Origin: Candidatus Brocadiia bacterium
Lineage (GTDB): Bacteria; Planctomycetota; Brocadiia; CAIUPP01
Direction of reading: 5' to 3'
Length of the DNA: 64,000 nt
Assembly (NCBI GenBank): GCA_050015075.1
Contig: JBEKCB010000007.1
Span: 64,001-128,000, forward strand
Shown piece by piece: positions 20,901-29,182 of the stretch. Under the pieces are notes generated by a model. It was not told the DNA's origin and ran no database searches. It saw only the letters and a program-made list of their open reading frames with translations. How positions within the stretch are numbered: position 1 is the first letter of the stretch; every line of letters starts with the position of its first letter. The position numbers and the translations under genes are program-made.

Positions 20901-21965
20901 CCGCGAGAGTGCTTCGATCTGCGCTGCGGCTCGCTTGCGCTCGGTGATGTCGCGGATGTTGCACTGGATCACCTTCTGGTGGTTCACGAGATAGACGTTG
21001 CTGACGAACTCGACGTGGCTCTGTCGTCCGTCGGCGGTTTCGAGCGGCAAGTCCTCATAGCGGACGTACCCTTTCCGCTGCAACTCCAGAAAATTGGCCC
21101 GGTTGGCGAAGATGTCCTTGAGGAATCCAAGTTCCCAGACCTTCATTTGGAGGAATTGGTCGCGCGAGAAACCCAACAGCTCGATCAGGAACGGATTTAC
21201 GTCCACGACCATGCCGGTCTCGGCGTTCAGGATCAAGATCCCATCTTTGGCCGCCTCGAAAAGCCGGCGATACCGAAGCTCCGAGTCGCGCAGCGCCTCC
21301 GAGGCCCGCTGGTGTGCAAGGGCAATTCCGATGCTTGAGCCAATCCCTTCGAGAAACTGGATTTTGTCCAACGTGAACATCCCCTTCCGGTGGTCATTGA
21401 GTTGAAGCAGGCCAATGACCTCGTCGCCGGAGCGCAGCGGAACCAGCGCCACGGACTCATACCCCTCGTCGTTGCATCGGTTGCGCGTGCGGGCCTGGCG
21501 CTCCTGCTCCGTGGCGCCGGCCGGGAGTTCCTCCATGCAGTTCGTCCAGAAGCTTCCCGCCGGCGTGAGGAAGGGCATCCCCGGGTCGTTTCGGCCGCAG
21601 AGGACGTTGCCGCATGCGCATTTCAATGCCGGCTGGCCGCTCGCTTCCCGAACGATCTTCCCGTCCGCGTCCCGCGCGCAGAGGAAGCGCTCCGCTTCGA
21701 CGAACGATTCCGGGAAGCCGCTGGTCTCGTAATAAGGGAAGTCATCGCCCTCCCGCATCCGGAGGCCGACCGCCTCCAGGCCCGTTTTTTCCTTGATGAG
21801 GTGCAGGATGTCCTTCATGAGCTGCGCGACGTCATTGCCGCGGTTGAGCGTCGCCAGTATCTGCGCGTTCAACTCCTGGCGCGCCTCCGGCAGTTTCCGC
21901 GCGGTCTTGGCCTCGAAAGGCGGTACGTGGTTCATGCGCTTGTCTTCCCGTACGCGAGTTTTCAT
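17961..21965 (-). CDS. Hybrid sensor kinase (Cys-rich GAF-6xPAS-HisKA-HATPase-REC)
   Basis: AGGVAHDFNNIL H-box, FTTKEKGKGTGLGL, C-terminal REC. The ORF-track extension to 22193 lies in duplicated DNA, so the start is set at MKTRV (21965). Confidence 0.92.
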   Translation of the reverse strand: MKTRVREDKRMNHVPPFEAKTARKLPEARQELNAQILATLNRGNDVAQLMKDILHLIKEKTGLEAVGLRMREGDDFPYYETSGFPESFVEAERFLCARDADGKIVREASGQPALKCACGNVLCGRNDPGMPFLTPAGSFWTNCMEELPAGATEQERQARTRNRCNDEGYESVALVPLRSGDEVIGLLQLNDHRKGMFTLDKIQFLEGIGSSIGIALAHQRASEALRDSELRYRRLFEAAKDGILILNAETGMVVDVNPFLIELLGFSRDQFLQMKVWELGFLKDIFANRANFLELQRKGYVRYEDLPLETADGRQSHVEFVSNVYLVNHQKVIQCNIRDITERKRAAAQIEALSRFPAENPNPVVRLSVQGLLEYANAASDSILLTMGAAVGGAVNAEWQARIGETLAKERPVNFEFQAGDRTFSATLAPVVGQGYVNLYARDITERKQAEETLHSSQQITEGIINAIPVRVFWKDKNLVYLGCNEIFARDAGFAGSKDIIGKDDYQMGWRDRAESYRSDDRQVVESGCSNLLIEELLTTPEGKTITILTNKLPLRSSTGEISGLLGTYMDITERKLAENVLRDSEMRYRRLFEAAKDGILLLDPETGMVTDVNPFLIELLSFSHEQFLNKAVWDLGFFKDVWANQAKFMELQKKGFVRYDDLPLETADGRKISVEFVSNVYAVDHHKVIQCNIRDITERKRAVAAVREQEEESRTILKTTMEGVFIFDHQGRFLEVNDTYCSMIGYSRDELLHMSIPDVEADETPAEVAANLRRITEKGKARFERRQRRKDGTLADLDVSVNFISTHGGRYVCFLRDVTERKRDEAALRESEEELRTILKTTMEGFYLADLQGRFLEVNDTFCRMTGYSRDELLRMSIPDLEADETGPQVMLQLSRVIQEGKAQFERRHRRKDGTLMHLDISLNFLPIHGGRLVCFLHDITGRKRSEIERAALDAQLQQAQKMESVGRLAGGVAHDFNNILTGIGGYVELVSDQLDAASPMREDLAEVQRLTKRAAELTRQLLAFSRRQPLAMQVLNINDTAAEASKMLKRVLGEDIDIRFTPAPDLGNVRADPGQMEQVLVNLAVNARDAMPTGGKLTLETANVELDAEYAGQHVSVKPGPYVMLAVSDTGHGMDAATKGHLFEPFFTTKEKGKGTGLGLATVYGIVTQHGGNIWVYSEPGKGTTFKIYLPRVEEALAPVKVAVAPSAEGGSETLLIVEDETPVRQIAERVLKARGYAVLTAASGEEAERLVAEHEGPIALLLTDMVMSGISGHELADRLKTKLPGLKVLYMSGYTDNAIVHDGVLDISVAFMQKPFTVETIVHKVRQVLDS

Positions 21966-21971
21966 GTCTTC
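21861..21971. repeat. ~110-bp imperfect direct repeat (copy 1, kinase 5' end); copy 2 at ~23077-23191
   Basis: ctgcgcgttcaactcctggcg...acgtggttcatgcgcttgtcttc...tacgcgagttttcatgtcttc occurs at both positions. Confidence 0.9.
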
Positions 21972-21984
21972 TCCACTTCCGGGC

Positions 21985-23065
21985 CGGAGTTCGGCAAGCC
22001 GTCCTGATAAAGCCGCACTCGCTCCCAGATGAGGCTGAGCTTCTCGATCACTTCCTGGACCTTGGTCCAGAATTCGCGGATATCTTTGACATGCCGCTCC
22101 CATTTGGACTGGCCCATGCGTTTCATATAGGCCCGCCGAACCAGTGTGCTCATCTTTCCGAAGTCGGCTTCGGTGTGAACCACCGGCATCCAAATTGGTT
22201 TCCTCGTCAAGTGTTGGTTCATGTTCGCTCGAATCCGCTCCCGCCGGTTCGCACTGGGTGAGGCATCACAACTTTGTCGGTACGCCGATTTCTATGGGAC
22301 CTGATGCCTGCTTATGGAACTTGTGCTATGGCGCAGGCTCCATACCTTGAAAACCTCACTTCCGTGTGCACGCCCGTCGCTCCAGGGCGCGATCGCACAG
22401 GCGCTTCCAACTTGAAAGCGCAAAAGTCGTGCCGCAGAGCGAATTAATCCGTGAGTTGTCCTTATCGTCATAGATATCAGCCAATTGAACCAATCCTCCT
22501 CCAAGTCTCCTTAGGAAGGAGAAGGTTAGCATAGAACGTTAACACCTCATCGAGTGAAAGATATAAGGAAGGCAGGGTCTGGTGAGCGTCCGTTGTTGTG
22601 AGGATATCTTCGAACACGTTAAGTTGCCTTGGAAGGTAATCCCCATGTCGCTGCCCCAATACTATTATGTGCGAGTGGAGGGGTAATAGATATAGCCTGT
22701 ATAGGTTAATTCATGCGGCTTTTAGCCCTACCTAAGAAAAGCCGTAAGGATGGACTACTATGTGTGTGGCAATGCCTGCTTTGATGGTGCAACGAACGCA
22801 GGGCGGGGCTGGCCTTCCGCTTCCCTTTGAGAACGTCCTCAACGACGAAATGGGCGATCTTTGGACTGAGATAGTGGCGTCCTGCGCGGACCTCCCTCAC
22901 GGCTTCGATCGCGCCCGGCACGCGCATCTCTTTCGTCAAGTGTCCCGGCGTGCCGACCGCCAACACCTACTCCGCCATGGGTTTCGTATCGTGGAGGCTC
23001 AGGATGATGCCCTTCGCTGTTGGGGCTCCCTTGACCAGTTGTTTTACGGTCTCAATTCCGTTTGC
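21985..23065 (-). pseudogene. Decayed duplicate of ~38300-39535: narL fragment (HTH deleted, frameshifted), intergenic promoter region and 5' third of the gene at 37898-38539
   Basis: Colinear similarity, e.g. MNQHLTRKPIWMPVVHTEADFGKMS vs MNDHLTRKLIWVPVVHTEADFGKMS, and YLSPKIAHFVVEDVLKGK in both. Confidence 0.92.
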
Positions 23066-23076
23066 GTGGCCAATAA

Positions 23077-23191
23077 CTGCGCGTTCAACTCCTGGCGAGC
23101 CTCCGGCAGCTTCCGAGCAGGATTGGCCCCGACACCGACAGGGGGACGTGGTTCATGCGCTTGTCTTCGCATACGCGAGTTTTCATGTCTT
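23077..23191. repeat. Direct repeat copy 2 (abandoned kinase start)
   Basis: Encodes MKTRVCEDKRMNHVP then frameshifts; its ATG overlaps the stop of the REC-PAS gene. Confidence 0.88.
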
Positions 23192-24013
23192 CACCTGAGA
23201 CTGAATCCCTGACAGCCGTTTGTGCATGCGAAGTTCCTCCTCGGTCTGTTTCCAACGAGAGATGTCGCGGAACAACCAGATTCGGCCGCAACATCTTTCG
23301 CCGGATCCGAACATCGGAGCGGAATCGCATTCGAAAGTCTTTCCGTCCTTCAGCTCAAGTTCATCCTTACTGATGGCGTGGTCTCCATAGAGGCGGGTCA
23401 AACGTGCGACGAGACCCCGGCGATCGGCGAGACTGCAGAGGATGATGTGTTGAACACGCTTGTCGGAGCCCGCCTCCATGACCTCGAGCGGAATGCTCCA
23501 GAGGTCCATGAAGCGCCTGTTGAAATGGATGATCCTGCGCTGCTCGTCCACCACGAGCACTCCGTCCGCGCAGAGTTCAAACTGGGTTGAAAGAATCGCG
23601 GTCTTGAGTTCAAGTTCTTCCTCGATCCGCTTGCGCTCAACCGCGTGGCGAACAGATCGAATGAGCGAGGCGCTGTCGAAGTGGCACTTGACGAGGTAGT
23701 CCTGCGCCCCTTCGCGCAGCGCGCTGAAAGCCCGCGCCCCATCGTCAAGCCCCGTCAGAACCACGACCGGAGCATGAGGCAACTGCGAGTGAACGGTGCG
23801 CAGGGTATCAAGGCCCTGGCTGTCCGGCAGCGCCAGGTCCAGCAGCACCACGTCAACGCCGCCTCCGGCGTAACGATCCAGTCCGCTTGAGAGCCGGCTG
23901 ACCCAATCCAGGTCAACGTCAATCTCCGTCACTTCCGCGAGCATCTCGCGGATGACCTGCGCGTCGGCGGGGTTATCCTCGATCAACAGGATCTGGAGGT
24001 GTTCACGAGTCAT
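23183..24013 (-). CDS. REC-PAS protein without output domain
   Basis: LLIEDNP...LLDLALPDSQG...GAQDYLVK receiver followed by one PAS ending in RDIS.WK. Confidence 0.85.
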   Translation of the reverse strand: MTREHLQILLIEDNPADAQVIREMLAEVTEIDVDLDWVSRLSSGLDRYAGGGVDVVLLDLALPDSQGLDTLRTVHSQLPHAPVVVLTGLDDGARAFSALREGAQDYLVKCHFDSASLIRSVRHAVERKRIEEELELKTAILSTQFELCADGVLVVDEQRRIIHFNRRFMDLWSIPLEVMEAGSDKRVQHIILCSLADRRGLVARLTRLYGDHAISKDELELKDGKTFECDSAPMFGSGERCCGRIWLFRDISRWKQTEEELRMHKRLSGIQSQVKT

Positions 24014-24461
24014 TTTCGTCGTCCTGAGAAAGCATGACCTGATGGAACCAGAAATCTTCGATGGCCTTTACGACCTTGACATAGTCATCCAGGTCAACGG
24101 GTTTGGTGATGTAGCAGTTGGCATGCAGGTCGTAGGCCATGTCCACATCCTGCCTCGCCCGGGAGGTGGTCAAAACGATAACGGGAATGCGTTTCAAGCT
24201 TGGGTCGCTCTTGATGTCCGCCAACAGCTCCCGTCCGTCCTTTCTGGGCAGGTTGAGGTCCAGCAGGATAAGATTGGGGCGCCAATGGCTGGGACATTCG
24301 CCGCTCCCGCGAAGCAGGGTCAGCGCCTCTTCGCCGTCCTGGGCCAGGGTGAGATGGGCCAACCCGCCGCGACTCTTCAGGATTTCCACCATCAGGCGGA
24401 CGTCGCTGGGGCTGTCCTCGACCAAGAGAACCTCAATGGCTTTCGTCAGTTCGTCAATCAC
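24003..24461 (-). CDS. Single-domain response regulator (Rcp1-like)
   Basis: LLVEDSPSD, PNLILLDLNLPRKDG, ANCYITKPVD. Confidence 0.92.
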   Translation of the reverse strand: MIDELTKAIEVLLVEDSPSDVRLMVEILKSRGGLAHLTLAQDGEEALTLLRGSGECPSHWRPNLILLDLNLPRKDGRELLADIKSDPSLKRIPVIVLTTSRARQDVDMAYDLHANCYITKPVDLDDYVKVVKAIEDFWFHQVMLSQDDENDS

Positions 24462-25762
24462 GGCTCAAGGGTCCCTTCAGGCATGGTGAAGTGAAATATG
24501 GCCCCCTCACCAGGCTTTGATTCGGTCCAAATGGTTCCGCCGTGGCGCTCAACGATTTTCTTGCAAATGGCCAACCCGATGCCGGTGCCGGGATATTCTT
24601 CCGGAGTGTGCAGCCGCTGGAAGATCACAAAAATGCGCGCGGCATGCTTCGGGTCAATGCCGATACCGTTATCCGAAACGGAAAACAGCCAGTCGCCTTT
24701 GCGTTTTTGCGCGGAGATGTGAATGCGCGGCGGTTTCTCGCTGCGGAACTTGATGGCGTTGCCCACCAGGTTCTGGAAGAGCTGCGCAAACTGCACGGCG
24801 TCGGCCATGACCGTCGGCAGCGGGTCGCGAGTGACGAGTGCCCCGCTTTCCTTGATGGCCACGCGCAGGCCCGCAAGCACGTGATCCACAATGAGCGAAC
24901 AATCCGCCGGCTTGCGGTCTTGGGTGCGTGTGCCGACGTGAGAGTAGGCCAGGAGGTCGCAAATCAACTGTTTCATCCGGCTGGCGCCCCCGACGGCGTA
25001 TTTGATGAAATCGTCCGCATCGGCATCCAACTTGCCGCTGTATCGTTTCGCGAGCATTTGGACCATGCTGGTGACCGAGCGCAACGGCTCCTGGAGGTCG
25101 TGGGAGGCTACATATGCGAACTGCTCCAGTTCCTCGTTCGAGCGCTGGAGTTCTCGCGTGCGTTCGGCCACGCGCTGCTCCAGGTGTTCGTTGAGCGTCT
25201 GGAGTCTCTCCTCGACCCTCTTGCGCTCCGTGATATCCACCAGGTTCCCCAGAATGGCCTGCCTGCTTTGGAACTCGATGGAGGACACCGTCTCCATGAC
25301 CCATTTGACTTCTCCACTCTTGGTAAGTATGCGGCACTCATAGGGGATCGCGTACTGTCCCTTCAGCATCTTCATGGTGGTTGCCCGAACCGCTTCCCGG
25401 TCTTCGGGAAAGATCAGGCCCAGAGAGTCCATGCTCAGCAGTTCATCGTCGTTGTAACCGGTAAGCCTCTGGAATTCCGGGTTGACCATTCTGAATTGCC
25501 TGCCTTGCAGGATGTAGATGCCGGTCGGAGCGCTGAGGATGAGAGTTTGGAACAATTTTCCCGCCTCTTCCTTTTTGCCTTCGGCGGGCCGCACGGATGA
25601 CGCGCGCTCGACGACTTCCCCAGGGTCTCCGAGGCTGACATTTCCCCTCACGGAGGCCATGTCGTCTGCGCTCCGCAACTTCGAAGTGGAATGGTCACTG
25701 AATGCAGCCACTTGCTTCACGCGCTCCCAAAGCCTGACTTCATGACACTTGCTCTGATGCAT
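24458..25762 (-). CDS. PAS histidine kinase (Cph1-type transmitter), putative gas-vesicle regulator
   Basis: ELEQFAYVASHDLQEPLR, NLVGNAIKF, YPGTGIGLAICKK; start uncertain. Confidence 0.9.
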   Translation of the reverse strand: MHQSKCHEVRLWERVKQVAAFSDHSTSKLRSADDMASVRGNVSLGDPGEVVERASSVRPAEGKKEEAGKLFQTLILSAPTGIYILQGRQFRMVNPEFQRLTGYNDDELLSMDSLGLIFPEDREAVRATTMKMLKGQYAIPYECRILTKSGEVKWVMETVSSIEFQSRQAILGNLVDITERKRVEERLQTLNEHLEQRVAERTRELQRSNEELEQFAYVASHDLQEPLRSVTSMVQMLAKRYSGKLDADADDFIKYAVGGASRMKQLICDLLAYSHVGTRTQDRKPADCSLIVDHVLAGLRVAIKESGALVTRDPLPTVMADAVQFAQLFQNLVGNAIKFRSEKPPRIHISAQKRKGDWLFSVSDNGIGIDPKHAARIFVIFQRLHTPEEYPGTGIGLAICKKIVERHGGTIWTESKPGEGAIFHFTMPEGTLEP

Positions 25763-25771
25763 CCGCGCGTT

Positions 25772-26080
25772 TCAGCGCGCGGCGACCGCCAGTTCGAGCC
25801 GTTCAATCCGCTGCTTCATTTCCGCCACGCCCTCCGGGAGGACGCTCTCGCTCTGGGGACAAAAGGCCGGATTATGCGCCCACCAATCCATTCCCATCTC
25901 CTTGGCCTTATCCACGGAAGCAATCATCAGACGGATTTGAATGGTGAGGAGTTCGATGTCCACGAGCTTGATCTTGATGTCCCCGACGATAACGACACCT
26001 TTGTCGAGGACGCGCTCCAGCACGTCGGCAAGCGTGGAACTCTCGACGGAGTGTTGCATCGAACCAGGATGACCGACCAT
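25772..26080 (-). CDS. gvpJ: Gas vesicle protein GvpJ (GvpA family)
   Basis: STLADVLERVLDKGVVIVGDI...ELLTIQIRLMIASVDKAKEMGMDWW. Confidence 0.88.
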   Translation of the reverse strand: MVGHPGSMQHSVESSTLADVLERVLDKGVVIVGDIKIKLVDIELLTIQIRLMIASVDKAKEMGMDWWAHNPAFCPQSESVLPEGVAEMKQRIERLELAVAAR

Positions 26081-26094
26081 GTCAGACTCCCTTG

Positions 26095-26457
26095 CTAAAG
26101 CAATTTGCCCAGGGGACCGAGGTCAATGTTGAGATCCTCGTTCTCCAACCCGAACTCTTTCTTCAATCGCGCGACCTGCTCCGAGAGGTTCATAAAGGCG
26201 ATGCCGAGTCTTTCGGCCTCCTGCTCGGTCAGCGAACCGGACTCGATGCGCCGAATCGCCTGCCGTTCCAGGAGTTCCCGGATCAGCTCGACGAGCGTCA
26301 GCACCAGCTTCCCCAGACCGTTGGCCACATTCTCCTGGCCAAGCGCGATGCGGGGCGAGGCCACGGCCGACGGCGACATGATTCGCGCAAACGCGCCAAG
26401 GTCTTGCGACTCGGGCGCCGGCATTCTGCTGTGCGGCATGCACGGGCTCCTTTTCAC
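26095..26457 (-). CDS. gvpK: Gas vesicle protein GvpK
   Basis: GLGKLVLTLVELIRELLERQAIRR...DLNIDLGPLGKLL. Confidence 0.95.
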   Translation of the reverse strand: MKRSPCMPHSRMPAPESQDLGAFARIMSPSAVASPRIALGQENVANGLGKLVLTLVELIRELLERQAIRRIESGSLTEQEAERLGIAFMNLSEQVARLKKEFGLENEDLNIDLGPLGKLL

Positions 26458-26460
26458 GGG

Positions 26461-26691
26461 CTACACGGAAGCGATCTGCATCCGGCGGGCCGTTTCAACC
26501 GACGTCAGCACCGCCTTCACACCGAGATAGACGAGGTCAATATCCGCGACCGAAATCACGATCTCCCCGCCGATGACCACTCCTTTGTTCAGGACGCGGT
26601 CGAGGGTCTCGCACAGAGAGATGCTCTCCACATCGCCTTGGGAGACCGCGGAAGAGCGAATTCCTTCAGTTCCGTTACAGAAGTCGTTCAT
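26461..26691 (-). CDS. gvpS: Minor GvpA-family protein (GvpS/GvpA2-like)
   Basis: SLCETLDRVLNKGVVIGGEIVISVADIDLVYL. Confidence 0.8.
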   Translation of the reverse strand: MNDFCNGTEGIRSSAVSQGDVESISLCETLDRVLNKGVVIGGEIVISVADIDLVYLGVKAVLTSVETARRMQIASV

Positions 26692-26971
26692 AGATGCCTC
26701 GTGCCTGGTGGGGCGCCCCGATATTCTCGTAATGTTCGGCAATCTCAAGAAGCCGCTGGCGGGCGCAGGACGATTCCGGCGCACCGAGGTAGCGATCCAC
26801 CACCTCGAAATACATCTCCGCGGCCTGGTGCAGAAGGTTGTCCGCGAGGTAGCGATCCGCCATTCCCAGAAGAAGGCACTCCAGCGCTTTTAATTCGGCC
26901 TGAACGGTCAGGGAAGGCGCCTCGACAACGGACGCCGCGCTCACATTGGCGGTATGAATCTCATCGGTCAT
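26675..26971 (-). CDS. Small TPR-like helical protein within the gvp operon
   Basis: AAGGAG RBS; two repeats of LLxMAxxY....HQAxxxY. Confidence 0.75.
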   Translation of the reverse strand: MTDEIHTANVSAASVVEAPSLTVQAELKALECLLLGMADRYLADNLLHQAAEMYFEVVDRYLGAPESSCARQRLLEIAEHYENIGAPHQARGIYERLL

Positions 26972-26990
26972 GAGTCTCTCCTTTACTAAG

Positions 26991-28925
26991 TTAGTTGGCA
27001 TAAAGAACGCGGCCCAGTTCAGTCAGCCGCTCAGCCCCGCGCGGAATTCCGCAACGATAAACCAGGGACTGAGGGATACGCCGGAATTCGTCACGGAACC
27101 GCGTCCGGACTTTGGATTCGACCGCGGACAATGTGCGGCACCATGGGCATTCACTCTCCGGAATCGCCATGTTCAGGAAGAGAATCGGCACGTTGACGCC
27201 CGCATGGGAGCACGCCAGGAGCAGGTCCCGCGTCTCCTCGAGGGCCATTTCGGTCAGAATGGCCACAGCGTAAACGTGGCTCTTGCGAGAGTCCTTCAGG
27301 AGGGACTGCAAGGACTCCAGGTTTCGCGAAAGGGTGGTCAGAAACAGTTGCATCCTGGGCGCCTGAAAGTTCGCCCGGTATTTGACGAAAACTCCGATAA
27401 TGGCACGGAGCCAGCCTAAAATCAGTTCCGGAAGCTCCAGAAGTCGGATCAGGTGCCCGGTCGGGGCGGTATCCACGACAATGAAGTCGTACTCTTGCGA
27501 CTCGATCAGTTCCACGATACGGGTCAACACCATCAGTTCGTCGAGTCCCGGAGGCGACAGATCAATCAGGCGCTCGACGACCTCGCGTTCGAACGGCAGG
27601 TCAACCCTGCCGCCGGTCAGGGAGTGAAAGAACTCCTCCACCTCGTCGGCATACAGGCTCTTCAGTTTCTTGAATTCCACTATGGCGTCAATTTCCATCG
27701 CCGTCAGACCGGGGGCCACGGCGACTCCGTCCGGCCCCACCGGCATCTGCAGGCAATCGGAGAGAGAATGGGCCGGGTCGGTGGAGAAAAGCAGAGTGCG
27801 GCGGTCGGCGTATCCCTGGGAAAGCCGGAAGGCCGTGGCGCAGGCCAGAGTCGTCTTGCCCACGCCTCCCTTGCCGGCGAACAGGCGCAGCACAGTATGC
27901 TTTCCCGGCAGATTATGGGGGGACTCCACATGCGACGGAAATGCCGGGACCGGCAGCGGCTCGCCCGTGTTCCGAACCGGCTGAATGTCGTCCCAGAAAG
28001 CAGACAACTGTCCGGCGCCCCTCACCTCGGCGCGCTGGTATGGGATTTCCCACAGCGGGTTGGAGGAGAACTCGGGGACGATCTGCCGCAATTCCGTCAA
28101 CTGCTGGCCGCGGACGCAACGACAGACGGCACAGCCGTTCGAGGAAGACGAATACAGTTTGTTCACCAGGATGTCCCCCACTGAAATATCCCAGTCGTGC
28201 AGCCTGTCCACGAAGCGCCGGGTCTCACTGGTGCTCAACGGCTCCGCCAACATCACAGGCACAAAGCGACAGCGCTGCGGGTCACGAAGCAGGGCGGCCA
28301 GTCCCTCGATGAGCTGCGACAGTTCTTCCAAAAAGAGATCCGCAGCGGTCTTGGTGTACATCCTGCGGTAAAGCATGGCCATGTAGCGGTGTTTGGCCAG
28401 CATGGCATCCAGGACGGACACCCACTGGGCCAGAACTTCAGGCAGGCCCAGGAACCTCAGCGTGTGGCCCGTGGCGGCGGTGTCAACGATGATGCAGGAA
28501 TAGGTGGCGCTCTCCACGAGACTGGATATTTCCAGGAAGGCCATGATCTCGTCCATGCCGGGCATGGACAGGTCCAGGAGGTGCGAGAGATCTTCGTCAT
28601 CCAGGAAAGTCCCGCTGGACACTATCTGGCGCAGTTGCGCGGCGTGCGCCTCTTTGAATCTTCCGAGACTCTCGTTGGCGTCTATCTCCCGCATCTCAAG
28701 GTTTGCCGGCAAAACGGATCCGCCAAAACTATCGACCAGAGAGTGAGCCGGATCTGTGGAAATAACCAGGTACCGCAGGTCGGGGAACCGGCGTGCCAGG
28801 CGCAGAGCCGCAGCCGCCGCACAAGTCGTCTTCCCCACGCCTCCCTTGCCGCCGAAAAAGAGAAGGCTCAGGCCGTGCCGGCCCAGAAACGACGGAACGC
28901 ATTCAGTTGGGCGGGCATCTGTCAT
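26991..28925 (-). CDS. Tandem-domain ArsA/Get3-family ATPase
   Basis: Two GKGGVGKTT P-loops, STDPAHSL twice, DTA(A/P)TGH twice, CxxC in each half. Confidence 0.92.
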   Translation of the reverse strand: MTDARPTECVPSFLGRHGLSLLFFGGKGGVGKTTCAAAAALRLARRFPDLRYLVISTDPAHSLVDSFGGSVLPANLEMREIDANESLGRFKEAHAAQLRQIVSSGTFLDDEDLSHLLDLSMPGMDEIMAFLEISSLVESATYSCIIVDTAATGHTLRFLGLPEVLAQWVSVLDAMLAKHRYMAMLYRRMYTKTAADLFLEELSQLIEGLAALLRDPQRCRFVPVMLAEPLSTSETRRFVDRLHDWDISVGDILVNKLYSSSSNGCAVCRCVRGQQLTELRQIVPEFSSNPLWEIPYQRAEVRGAGQLSAFWDDIQPVRNTGEPLPVPAFPSHVESPHNLPGKHTVLRLFAGKGGVGKTTLACATAFRLSQGYADRRTLLFSTDPAHSLSDCLQMPVGPDGVAVAPGLTAMEIDAIVEFKKLKSLYADEVEEFFHSLTGGRVDLPFEREVVERLIDLSPPGLDELMVLTRIVELIESQEYDFIVVDTAPTGHLIRLLELPELILGWLRAIIGVFVKYRANFQAPRMQLFLTTLSRNLESLQSLLKDSRKSHVYAVAILTEMALEETRDLLLACSHAGVNVPILFLNMAIPESECPWCRTLSAVESKVRTRFRDEFRRIPQSLVYRCGIPRGAERLTELGRVLYAN

Positions 28926-29182
28926 GGTTTGTTCACCGGTGTCTCCGACTCCCGTTGAGGCGCTTCAATTGCGTCGAGGCGGTCCAGAAGTCGCGCCTCG
29001 CGCGCATCGAACTCATCCGAAGTAATCCCGCCCGTTTCCAGCATTCGGTACAACTCCGTCAGTTCCGCTCGCAGGCCGTCGGCGCTTTTGGCGGTTGCTT
29101 CCCGGGCGGCGGACTCAATCGTGCGGGCCAGGTGCAGGGTGCCGGTCAGTGGGAGAAGCAGAAGATTGTCTATCAGGAACAT
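28922..29182 (-). CDS. gvpG: Gas vesicle protein GvpG
   Basis: MFLIDNLLLLP...LTELYRMLETGGITSDEFDAREARLLDRL. Confidence 0.9.
   Translation of the reverse strand: MFLIDNLLLLPLTGTLHLARTIESAAREATAKSADGLRAELTELYRMLETGGITSDEFDAREARLLDRLDAIEAPQRESETPVNKP

Noticed and set aside
17865-21338. 1157-aa plus-strand ORF and similar long antisense ORFs (319-1977, 34113-35990, 49888-51990)
   Set aside because: Antisense shadows of high-GC genes with clear domain motifs on the other strand.
21966-22193. N-terminal extension of the 1410-aa kinase in the ORF track
   Set aside because: It is an off-frame reading of the duplicated pseudogene segment; the real start is more likely MKTRV at 21965.
26991-28925. 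Arsenic resistance operon
   Set aside because: No arsB/acr3/arsC/arsD/arsR; the gene is embedded in the gvp operon and has Get3-like CxxC motifs.
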